Shown here: positions 49,383-57,238 of the stretch, one piece after another
Layout: every line of letters starts with the position of its first letter
Numbering within the stretch: the stretch's first letter is position 1
Assembly: GCA_037927135.1 (NCBI GenBank)
Contig: JAXSPP010000007.1
Span: 1-64,000, forward strand
Source of the DNA: Candidatus Pampinifervens sinense
Lineage (GTDB): Bacteria; Aquificota; Aquificia; Aquificales; Aquificaceae
DNA length: 64,000 bases
Reading direction: 5' to 3'
Position numbers and translations under genes: made by a program
The notes under the pieces: model-generated
Told to the model about the DNA's origin: nothing
What the model saw: the letters and a program-made list of their open reading frames with translations, nothing else
Databases searched by the model: none

Positions 49383-51226
49383 AGGAAAAGTGGAAGGTAA
49401 TAGAAAGGCTACTTTCTGAAGAGTATGATATTGAGGTACAGGGAAGTTATGAGGGGTGGGGTGCGGGCTACGACCCTAAGTTTTTACCCCTTACGGAGAT
49501 GTGGGCAAAGGGGGAGGTGGAGGATGTGCCGGAGGTGGTAAAGAGGCCAGCGGGGGTGGTCTTTCATATACAAGAGCTTTCAAAAAAATCGGAAGAGGAG
49601 GCCATAAACACCATAAGGCATGAGATTGAATATCTCTTTTCCACAGACCTTTATCTTTGGAGGCTTGGCCAGAGAGAGTTTTACAAGTTTGGCTTTACCC
49701 CCACCTCCTTCCTTGTGCTTTACTCTGTGCTTGAGTCCATAAAGACAGACTCAAGGATAATAAACAGCCATCCTCAAAACCAGTCAACAATCATAAAAAA
49801 CTACGAAGAGATTCTAAAAGAGATAGACACCTACTATCCACATCACAATTTTTCCCTTAGCCTTTTGAAGTCATGGCTTGGAAGGGAAGCCCTTCCCAAA
49901 GATACGGAAAGGATACTCTATGAATACTTGAACTCAAAAAACAGAGAAGCCTACGACATACTTATGGAAGACCTGCTTGGAAAGTATATAGCCCATATAG
50001 AAAAGGCACAAGAGATAAACTATATAGACCTCCTTTTGGATGAGGCGAGGGGAAAGGTAAGAAAGGATGCCCACAAGGGCAGGATAATGACGGACCTTCT
50101 CAAAAAGCTTCCAAAGGCTTTGCAAGAGGTCATAATAGAACACAAGGAAAAGAGGGCTATAGATATACCGGAGGAGAAGAGGAAGGAAATAATAAAGAGC
50201 CTGAGGAACATGCCCGACTGGATGAGGGACTACTTAAAACAGATGTCCTACTTGGATATGATAGAAAGGGATGTGGAGTTTATAAGGCACTTTTTGCCAA
50301 AGACCTTGGAGGTGGATATAGAGCATAGGGGTTTCCTTAGCTTTTTGATAAAGGGGTGGGAGGAACAAAAGAGCACAGCTTCCAGCGGTTTGAGCCTTGG
50401 GGGAAGGTCCGAAGAGAAGTCTCAAGAGGACAGGCTGTATGAAAAGGCCTACGGGATGAACAAGGAGGAGTTTAAGGCCTACAGGAGGATGATATCAAAC
50501 ATATTGCCCTATGTGGAGGCACTAAAGAGAAGGCTTAGAAAGCTAATGCCTGAGGAGGAGGAAGGCTGGTCTGGAAAATACTTTTATGGAAGAAGGCTTA
50601 ACCACAAAGTCCTAAGCTTGGAGGCTTCCATAGGAAGGGGGAGGATGTACATGAGGAGGGAAGAAGGCATAAGAAAGGAGCTTGCCTTTAAGCTTCTCAT
50701 AGATATATCCACATCCATGAAGAGGGAGGAGAAGATAAGGAAGGCTATAGAGGCCCTTCTTTTGTTCTCTGAAGTCATAAGCACTCTGAGGATGCCCTTT
50801 TCCATTGATGTGTTTAGCGACAGGGTGTTTAGATTGAAGGAATTCCATGAAGATTACAAGCTTGTAAGGTGGAGGATTTTGGAGCTTTTTAACATGCTTG
50901 GTGGCGGAACAAACCTTGAAAAGGCCCTCCTTTACGCATATGAAGATATACAAACCTTTTGTAAGAAGAACAACATAAGAGGCTGTATCCTTGTCTTCTC
51001 CGATGGTGAGCCCACAAGGGGCCTAAAAGGAAAAGAGCTAAAGGACCTTATAAACCAGATAAAGGCCATCACACCCATAATAGGCATAGGTGTAGGACTA
51101 GAAAAGAACTATGTGGATTACTACTTTGAAGGCACTGGGATAAAGATAAAGGATGTGTCTGAGCTTACCTTAGCCTTTACAAGGATAATAGAAAATCAGG
51201 CAAGGAGGCTTCTGGCCTTTCAATAA
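49379..51226 (+). CDS. VWA-domain protein (NorD/CbbO/CobT-like architecture)
   Basis: C-terminal MIDAS: DISTS, GGTN, SDGEP; GTGA overlap with the encapsulin stop. Confidence 0.85.
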   Translation: MKEKWKVIERLLSEEYDIEVQGSYEGWGAGYDPKFLPLTEMWAKGEVEDVPEVVKRPAGVVFHIQELSKKSEEEAINTIRHEIEYLFSTDLYLWRLGQREFYKFGFTPTSFLVLYSVLESIKTDSRIINSHPQNQSTIIKNYEEILKEIDTYYPHHNFSLSLLKSWLGREALPKDTERILYEYLNSKNREAYDILMEDLLGKYIAHIEKAQEINYIDLLLDEARGKVRKDAHKGRIMTDLLKKLPKALQEVIIEHKEKRAIDIPEEKRKEIIKSLRNMPDWMRDYLKQMSYLDMIERDVEFIRHFLPKTLEVDIEHRGFLSFLIKGWEEQKSTASSGLSLGGRSEEKSQEDRLYEKAYGMNKEEFKAYRRMISNILPYVEALKRRLRKLMPEEEEGWSGKYFYGRRLNHKVLSLEASIGRGRMYMRREEGIRKELAFKLLIDISTSMKREEKIRKAIEALLLFSEVISTLRMPFSIDVFSDRVFRLKEFHEDYKLVRWRILELFNMLGGGTNLEKALLYAYEDIQTFCKKNNIRGCILVFSDGEPTRGLKGKELKDLINQIKAITPIIGIGVGLEKNYVDYYFEGTGIKIKDVSELTLAFTRIIENQARRLLAFQ

Positions 51227-51539
51227 GGAGGCTTATACCTTCTTCAGGCTTTTCTATCAAAAAAGCGTATTGAGTTATCTTTGGATAGCTTTTTGCTTCG
51301 TTGAAGAACTCTTCACCTTGGGACCTTTGACCGAGGGCATAGTTTATAAGGGCCAAAAGCATATACTTCTCTTGGCAGTCCTCTGCCAGCATGAGCCACT
51401 TGGTGGCCTCCAAATACTTAAACTCTACCACATACCTCATGCCCACATAAAGGGGATCCCTATTCTTTAAAAAATGTTCCTTCCCAAGCCTATTTCCTTC
51501 CTTATCCACTATCCTTATCCTGAACCTGACCCTCATCAC
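51177..51539 (-). CDS. Hypothetical protein (TPR-like helices)
   Basis: 120-aa ORF filling the gap; helical Y..A..W/LALINYALG pattern. Confidence 0.6.
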   Translation of the reverse strand: MMRVRFRIRIVDKEGNRLGKEHFLKNRDPLYVGMRYVVEFKYLEATKWLMLAEDCQEKYMLLALINYALGQRSQGEEFFNEAKSYPKITQYAFLIEKPEEGISLLIERPEASLPDFLLSL

Positions 51540-51587
51540 AAAGAACTATCATGGAGTAAGTTTTAGTATGTTTTTAAATTAAAGCAC

Positions 51588-51800
51588 ATGAGAGTATACT
51601 TCAAGGATGAGCTAAAGGAGAAAAACATACTTTTGGCAAAGTCTGGTGAAGTTCCGGAAAAGATAGAGGTAGGGGAAGACACGATAAAGGTCTACGCAAA
51701 AGATGAGGTATATCATATACCTACCTCCTCTTTAAGAGGAAAGGTCATAATGGACAGGTTAAACTACAAGGGAGAACTTACACAGGAGATATATATTTAA
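51588..51800 (+). CDS. Small hypothetical protein
   Basis: 70-aa ORF with host-like codon usage, upstream of bioB. Confidence 0.65.
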   Translation: MRVYFKDELKEKNILLAKSGEVPEKIEVGEDTIKVYAKDEVYHIPTSSLRGKVIMDRLNYKGELTQEIYI

Positions 51801-51825
51801 AACAAATTAAGCCAAGGAGGTTTTT

Positions 51826-52830
51826 ATGGATAGGTGGGAATCTTTTCTTTTTGAAGTGGCGGAAAAGGCCATAAACTACCAAAAGCTTACAAAGGAAGAA
51901 GCGCTAAACATACTGAGAACACCCGATGAATATGTGGCCCTTATGGTCTATCTTGCACAAAAGGTTAAGAACCACTTTCATCCACCCGATAGGATAGAGT
52001 TCTGTTCTATCATAAACGCCAAGAGTGGTGCATGTTCGGAAGATTGCAAATTCTGCGCCCAGTCTAAGTTCTATAAAACACCTATAAACGTCTATGGCCT
52101 TGTGCCAAAGGAAGAGATAGTGGAAGGTGCCTACAGGGGTGTGGAGTTTGGAGCAAACAGATACTGTGTGGTTCTGAGTGGAAAGTGTGCCACAAGGGAA
52201 GAAGTGGAAAGAATATGCGAAGGTGTAAGGGAGATAAAAAAGGAAGGACTTCCCATAAATGTGTGCGTTTCTGCCGGAACCCTTGATGAGGAGTCTTTAA
52301 GAAAGTTAAAAGAGGCCGGTGTGAGACGTGTAAACCATAACCTTGAGGCATCGGAAAATTTCTTTCCAAAGATAGTGTCCACCCACTCTTGGAGAGAAAG
52401 GTATGAGACCATAAAGAGGATAAAGGCTGTGGGCCTCTCCACCTGTTGTGGTGGCATATTCGGTATGGGAGAAAGCGATGAGGACAGGGTGGACCTTGCC
52501 CTAACTTACAGAGACCTTGAGGTAGACTCCATACCCCTTAACTTCCTTATGCCCATTGAAGGAACACCTTTGCAGAATGCACCGGGCATATCACCCATAG
52601 AGGCCCTAAAGGTCATAGCCATGTTTAGGTTTACAAACCCAAAGGCAGAGCTAAGGCTGTGTGGTGGAAGGGAGCAAAACCTCAGAGACTTTCACGGTAT
52701 GGCTGTGCTTATGGCAAATGCCATGATGGTAGGTGGATATCTCACAAGGGCAGGAAGGGATATAAAGAAGGACTACCAGCTTTTAAAGGATCTAAAGTTT
52801 GAAAGGCTTGTAAAAATAGAACCTGTCTAA
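51826..52830 (+). CDS. bioB: Biotin synthase
   Basis: CSEDCKFCAQS radical SAM motif, NHNLE, GGIFGMGES. Confidence 0.95.
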   Translation: MDRWESFLFEVAEKAINYQKLTKEEALNILRTPDEYVALMVYLAQKVKNHFHPPDRIEFCSIINAKSGACSEDCKFCAQSKFYKTPINVYGLVPKEEIVEGAYRGVEFGANRYCVVLSGKCATREEVERICEGVREIKKEGLPINVCVSAGTLDEESLRKLKEAGVRRVNHNLEASENFFPKIVSTHSWRERYETIKRIKAVGLSTCCGGIFGMGESDEDRVDLALTYRDLEVDSIPLNFLMPIEGTPLQNAPGISPIEALKVIAMFRFTNPKAELRLCGGREQNLRDFHGMAVLMANAMMVGGYLTRAGRDIKKDYQLLKDLKFERLVKIEPV

Positions 52831-53373
52831 TTCTCCCTGTGAATTTCCTCTTTTTCTTTTTCTTTTTTTTATTTTTGTCTTCTATTTAATTAAATTAAAA
52901 ATAATAATAGGACCCCCCGAATTTCACACCCCCTTCGCAAGTGCTTGATTTTCAAGGATTTGCCGAAAAGAAATTTCACACCCCCTATGAAAGCCTTGAT
53001 TTTTCTTGATTTTATGAAATCAGAAAGTCCTTGAGTATCAAGGATTTTAGAAGAATTTCACAATTTCACACCCTCTAATTCTAAGTATGGGTCTTTCTGA
53101 AATTTTTTGATTTTATACCCTGTAAAATTTTTACGGAAAATACAACACTTAGGATGGGGGGTGTGAAATTCCTTCACAGGGTGTGAAATTCTGTCCAAAA
53201 GGTGCATATACCCTGTGAAATTCTTTGTAAAAATTTTACGGAAAAAGCCATACTTAGAAACAGGGTGTGAAATTCTGCCGGGGGTGTGAAATTCCCCTGT
53301 GAAATTCTTTGAATAAAAATTATGGAAAAGGCCATACTTAGGAATAGGGTGTGAAATTCTTTTATGATTTATG
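52831..53373. repeat. Non-coding repeat island (TGTGAAATT boxes, AT-rich tract); candidate replication origin or other protein-binding locus
   Basis: 7 plus-strand and 4 minus-strand exact TGTGAAATT copies; no ORF; between convergent genes. Confidence refers to the repeats, not the function. Confidence 0.9.
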
Positions 53374-54900
53374 TCATAATGTGGGTGCCTTTTCGTTTAT
53401 CCTGAACTGAAGGGCCTCTGCAATATGGTGGCTTGCTATCTTTTCTTCACCTTCAAGGTCTGCTATGGTCCTTGAGACCTTCAAAACCTTCATATAGCCT
53501 CTGCCTGTAAGGTTTAGCTTCTCAAGGGCACTCCTCAAGAGGTTTTTTGCCTCCTGCGTCATCACACAATACTTTTTCACCTCTTCATTGGTCATACGTG
53601 AGTTATACTTTGTTTTGCTGTTTTTGAACCTCTCCCTTTGGATTTCCACAGCTCTAATGACCCTCTCCCTTATCTGAGCGGATGTTTCTCCCGAACTCAT
53701 ACTAAGAAGCTCCTCCTTTTCCACTGGGTTTACCCAGACCCTTAGGTCTATCCTATCCATTATGGGCCCAGATATCTTGGATTGATAGGCTTTTAGTTGC
53801 ATTGGGGTGCATGTGCAGGCCTTGTATGGGTTTCCATAGTTTCCACAAGGGCATGGGTTCATGGCCACCACAAGCAAAAACTCTGAAGGAAAGCTCACCC
53901 TTCCTCCAACCCTTGAAACGGTAACCTTTCCATCCTCTAAGGGCTGTCTTAGAGATTCTATGGCCTTTCTGCTAAACTCTGGAAACTCATCAAGGAAGAG
54001 AACACCCCTATGGGCTAAGGAAATCTCCCCCGGCTGTGGTATGGTGCCACCTCCCACAAGGGCGGACTCTGAGGCGTTGGTAAGAGGATTTCTAAAGGGC
54101 CTTTTGGTTATTATGGGAGTCTTCTCATCCAAAAGGCCTGCCACGCTGTATATGCGTGTTATTTCTATAGCCTCTTCAAAGGTCAAGGGTGGCATTATGG
54201 TTATGAGCCTTTTGGCGAGCATGCTTTTGCCAGCTCCTGGAGGGCCAATAAGCATTACAGGATGAAAACCCGCTGCCGCTATCTCCATAGCCCTCTTTGC
54301 TTGATGCTGTCCATAGACCTCGCTAAAATCCACATCAAAGCTTTCAAAGTTTGAAAAGACCTCTTGAAGGTCCACCCTTACTGGCTCTTTTTTTATATTA
54401 CCCGCTAAAAAATCCACTACCTCTTTTAAAGATTCAAAGCCATAAACCTCCACACCTTCCACAATGCCAGCTTCCTTTGCGTTCCTCATAGGCACTATAA
54501 AACGCCTATAGCCCAGCTCTTTCAAGGATAAAACCACCGGCAAAACGCCCTTCACAGGGTTTATCTTCCCATCAAGGGAGAGCTCGCCCATGACCACATA
54601 ATCCTCTGGGAAGTCCAAGCCTGTGGAAAGCCTTATGATGCCAAGGGCTATGGGAAGGTCGTAGAAGGTGCCTTGCTTTTTAAGATGTGAGGGAGAGAGG
54701 TTTACCGTTATCCTTTTTACTGGAAGCTGAAAGCCTGTGTTCTTTAGGGCTGACCTTACCCTGTCCTTTGCTTCGTTTATGGCCTTGTCTGGAAGGCCCA
54801 CGATGGAAAACTGAGGAAGCCCGTTGGATATGTCCACCTCCACATCCACCTCAAACCCCTCTATCCCCAAAACCCCACCGCTTTTTATCCTACAGAACAT
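53374..54900 (-). CDS. comM: ComM/YifB Mg-chelatase-like AAA+ ATPase
   Basis: VGLPD..E..DRV, GPPGAGKS, GEISLAHRGVLFLDE, NPCPCG. Confidence 0.94.
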   Translation of the reverse strand: MFCRIKSGGVLGIEGFEVDVEVDISNGLPQFSIVGLPDKAINEAKDRVRSALKNTGFQLPVKRITVNLSPSHLKKQGTFYDLPIALGIIRLSTGLDFPEDYVVMGELSLDGKINPVKGVLPVVLSLKELGYRRFIVPMRNAKEAGIVEGVEVYGFESLKEVVDFLAGNIKKEPVRVDLQEVFSNFESFDVDFSEVYGQHQAKRAMEIAAAGFHPVMLIGPPGAGKSMLAKRLITIMPPLTFEEAIEITRIYSVAGLLDEKTPIITKRPFRNPLTNASESALVGGGTIPQPGEISLAHRGVLFLDEFPEFSRKAIESLRQPLEDGKVTVSRVGGRVSFPSEFLLVVAMNPCPCGNYGNPYKACTCTPMQLKAYQSKISGPIMDRIDLRVWVNPVEKEELLSMSSGETSAQIRERVIRAVEIQRERFKNSKTKYNSRMTNEEVKKYCVMTQEAKNLLRSALEKLNLTGRGYMKVLKVSRTIADLEGEEKIASHHIAEALQFRINEKAPTL

Positions 54901-54912
54901 AGGAAAATTATA

Positions 54913-55986
54913 TCAATCAAAAACCCTTACAATCCTATAATAGGTATCCCTCTGGGCTGGCACAAAGCCCGCAGACCTTATGGCCTCCACCATATCCTCC
55001 ACCTTTGGAATGCTTACCTTGTAAGAAGTGGAAGATATCACATTCTCCTCAATCATCACGCTTCCAAGATCGTTGGCCCCAAAGTGAAGGCCTATGATGC
55101 CTATCTGCATGGTTTGGGTCACATGGGAGCTTTGAATGTTTTTGAAGTTATCAAGATATATCCTTGATATGGCAAGAACTTTTAAGTAGTAGTTGGAAGA
55201 GGCCTCTTCCAAGTTGTCAAGCTGGGTGTTGCCCTTTTTGAAGGTCCAAGGTATGAAGGCTGTAAAGCCTCCCGTCTGGTCCTGTATCCTCCTTACCCTT
55301 TCTAAGTGTTCTACTATATGCCAAGGCTTTTCCACATGACCAAACATCATGGTGGCTGTAGAGGTCATGCCAAGCTCATGGGCCGTCCTGTGGACCATCT
55401 CCCACTCTTCAACGGTGCATTTACCGGGGCTCAAAAAGCTTCGGACCTCTTGAGAAAGTATCTCTGCACCACCGCCGGGAAGGGAATCAAGACCAGCCTC
55501 TTTTAACCTTTTTAACACTTCCCTTATACTCAGCCTCTCTATCTTTGCAAGATAGACTATCTCCGGTGCAGAAAAGGAGTGTATTTGAACCTGTGGAAAT
55601 CTTTCCTTTATGGAGCTTATAAGGTCCTCATAGTAGCTAAGTGGTAGGTCTGGGTTTAGGCCACCTTGCATAAGAAGGGTTGTCCCACCCCATTCTATAA
55701 GTTCTTCAACCTTTTTGAGCACCTCCTCTTTTGAGAGCACGTAGCCCTCTGGAGAGCCTACCTTCCTTTGGAAGGCGCAGAACTTGCACCCTGCCACGCA
55801 TACATTGGTGTAGTTTACATTCCTATCTATGACAAAGGTGGCTATGTTTTCTGGGTGGTGCCTTTTTCTTACCTCGTTGGCAAGGTAGCCCAAAACTGTT
55901 ATATCTTCCTCAAAAAGGCTTAAAGCCTCTTCTGGGCTTAGCCTCTCTCCTTCCAAAACCTTTTCATAGACCTCTGTCTGCACCAT
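54913..55986 (-). CDS. mqnC: Cyclic dehypoxanthine futalosine synthase (radical SAM, CofH/MqnC family)
   Basis: DRNVNYTNVC...CKFCAF, LMQGG, PGGGAEIL, EENV; start approximate. Confidence 0.85.
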   Translation of the reverse strand: MVQTEVYEKVLEGERLSPEEALSLFEEDITVLGYLANEVRKRHHPENIATFVIDRNVNYTNVCVAGCKFCAFQRKVGSPEGYVLSKEEVLKKVEELIEWGGTTLLMQGGLNPDLPLSYYEDLISSIKERFPQVQIHSFSAPEIVYLAKIERLSIREVLKRLKEAGLDSLPGGGAEILSQEVRSFLSPGKCTVEEWEMVHRTAHELGMTSTATMMFGHVEKPWHIVEHLERVRRIQDQTGGFTAFIPWTFKKGNTQLDNLEEASSNYYLKVLAISRIYLDNFKNIQSSHVTQTMQIGIIGLHFGANDLGSVMIEENVISSTSYKVSIPKVEDMVEAIRSAGFVPAQRDTYYRIVRVFD

Positions 55987-56002
55987 GCTTAGAAAATTTA
56001 TC

Positions 56003-57220
56003 TCAGGCTCCAAACTTAGCAAGCCTAAGAGAATGGGCAAGCATGAGGTTTATCAGCTTTTTGGCTGGAAAGATGCCAAGCTCACCCTTCAAACACTCCC
56101 TTTCTGTAAACCTTTCAGATGTTCCACCAAGCACATAGGGAGAGTGCAAAAGCACGGGCACAGGATGCCAAGAGTGTCCCTTTAAAACAGAGGGTGTAGA
56201 GTGGTCCCCCGTTATCACAAGCACATCAGGCCTCAGGTCCAATATCTGTGGAAGGTTCTTATCAAACTCCTCTATAACCTTTATCTTACCTTCGTAGTTT
56301 CCATCCTCTCCGTAAGAATCTGTCTTCTTTATGTGAAGGAAGAAAAAGTCATAGTCCTTCCACACCTCTTTTAGAGCCTTTATCTCATCCTCTATGCTTT
56401 GTCCTTCAAAGCTGATTAGGTCCATGCCTACAAGGCTTGCAAGGCCTTTATACATAGGGTATACCGCTATGGCGCAGGCTTTTAGACCAAATCTCTCCTC
56501 AAAGCTTTCCATCTTTGGCTTTTGAGAAAAGCCCCTAAGGAGCATGTAGTTGGCTTTATCTTCATCCTTCAGCACCTCTTCAACCCTCTCTAAAAGCCTT
56601 CTTACCACCTTTGCCACCCTTTCGGAAGCCTCCGTCTCACCCCTTGGCTCTATAGGTTCCAGCCCTTCCTTCTGCGGGTCCGTATCCCTTATCCTGTCGC
56701 TACCTTCTGGAAGTTCCTCTGGAAATCTAAGGAGTATGGCAACCCTGTGCTCCATACCCGGCGCAAAAAAGACCTTAACCCCGTCTATCTCCTTTATCTT
56801 TTCGGATAGCCTTGATGTTATCCTTCTGTTTTCTTCTGTGGGTATCCTTCCGGCCCTTCTGTCCTTTACTACAAGCCTTCCGTTTAGTCTTTCTACTGTG
56901 GCATAGTTGGCCCTTATGGCTATATCGGTGGACTTCACTTCTAGCCCAAGGCCCAGAGCCTCAAGTATGCCCCTTCCTATTTGGTACTTCAAAGGGTCAT
57001 AGCCAAAGAGGGCAAGATGCCCCGGCCCACTGCCGGGAGTTATGCCATAATCTACAGGGATATGGAGGCCAAGGGCAGACCTTTTTGCCAAGCTATCAAG
57101 GTTTGGCGTGCTTGCAAGCTCAAGCTCCGTTTTTCCATCCTTTACAGGAAGACCACCTATGCCATCAAGCACAATAAGTAAAAGCTTTGTATTGTTCTTT
57201 TGAACCAGGGCCTCAAGCAT
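56003..57220 (-). CDS. apgM: 2,3-BPG-independent phosphoglycerate mutase, archaeal type
   Basis: [45 protein letters not shown]. Confidence 0.92.
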   Translation of the reverse strand: MLEALVQKNNTKLLLIVLDGIGGLPVKDGKTELELASTPNLDSLAKRSALGLHIPVDYGITPGSGPGHLALFGYDPLKYQIGRGILEALGLGLEVKSTDIAIRANYATVERLNGRLVVKDRRAGRIPTEENRRITSRLSEKIKEIDGVKVFFAPGMEHRVAILLRFPEELPEGSDRIRDTDPQKEGLEPIEPRGETEASERVAKVVRRLLERVEEVLKDEDKANYMLLRGFSQKPKMESFEERFGLKACAIAVYPMYKGLASLVGMDLISFEGQSIEDEIKALKEVWKDYDFFFLHIKKTDSYGEDGNYEGKIKVIEEFDKNLPQILDLRPDVLVITGDHSTPSVLKGHSWHPVPVLLHSPYVLGGTSERFTERECLKGELGIFPAKKLINLMLAHSLRLAKFGA

Positions 57221-57238
57221 AAAAGTTATTTTAGCACC

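Noticed and set aside
52831-53373. CRISPR array or leader
   Set aside because: Repeats are only 9-13 bp, irregularly spaced and in both orientations; the intervening sequences are themselves repeated; no cas genes in the window
53100-54900. Tn7-like or integrative element at comM
   Set aside because: comM is intact, and no transposase, integrase or target duplication is visible
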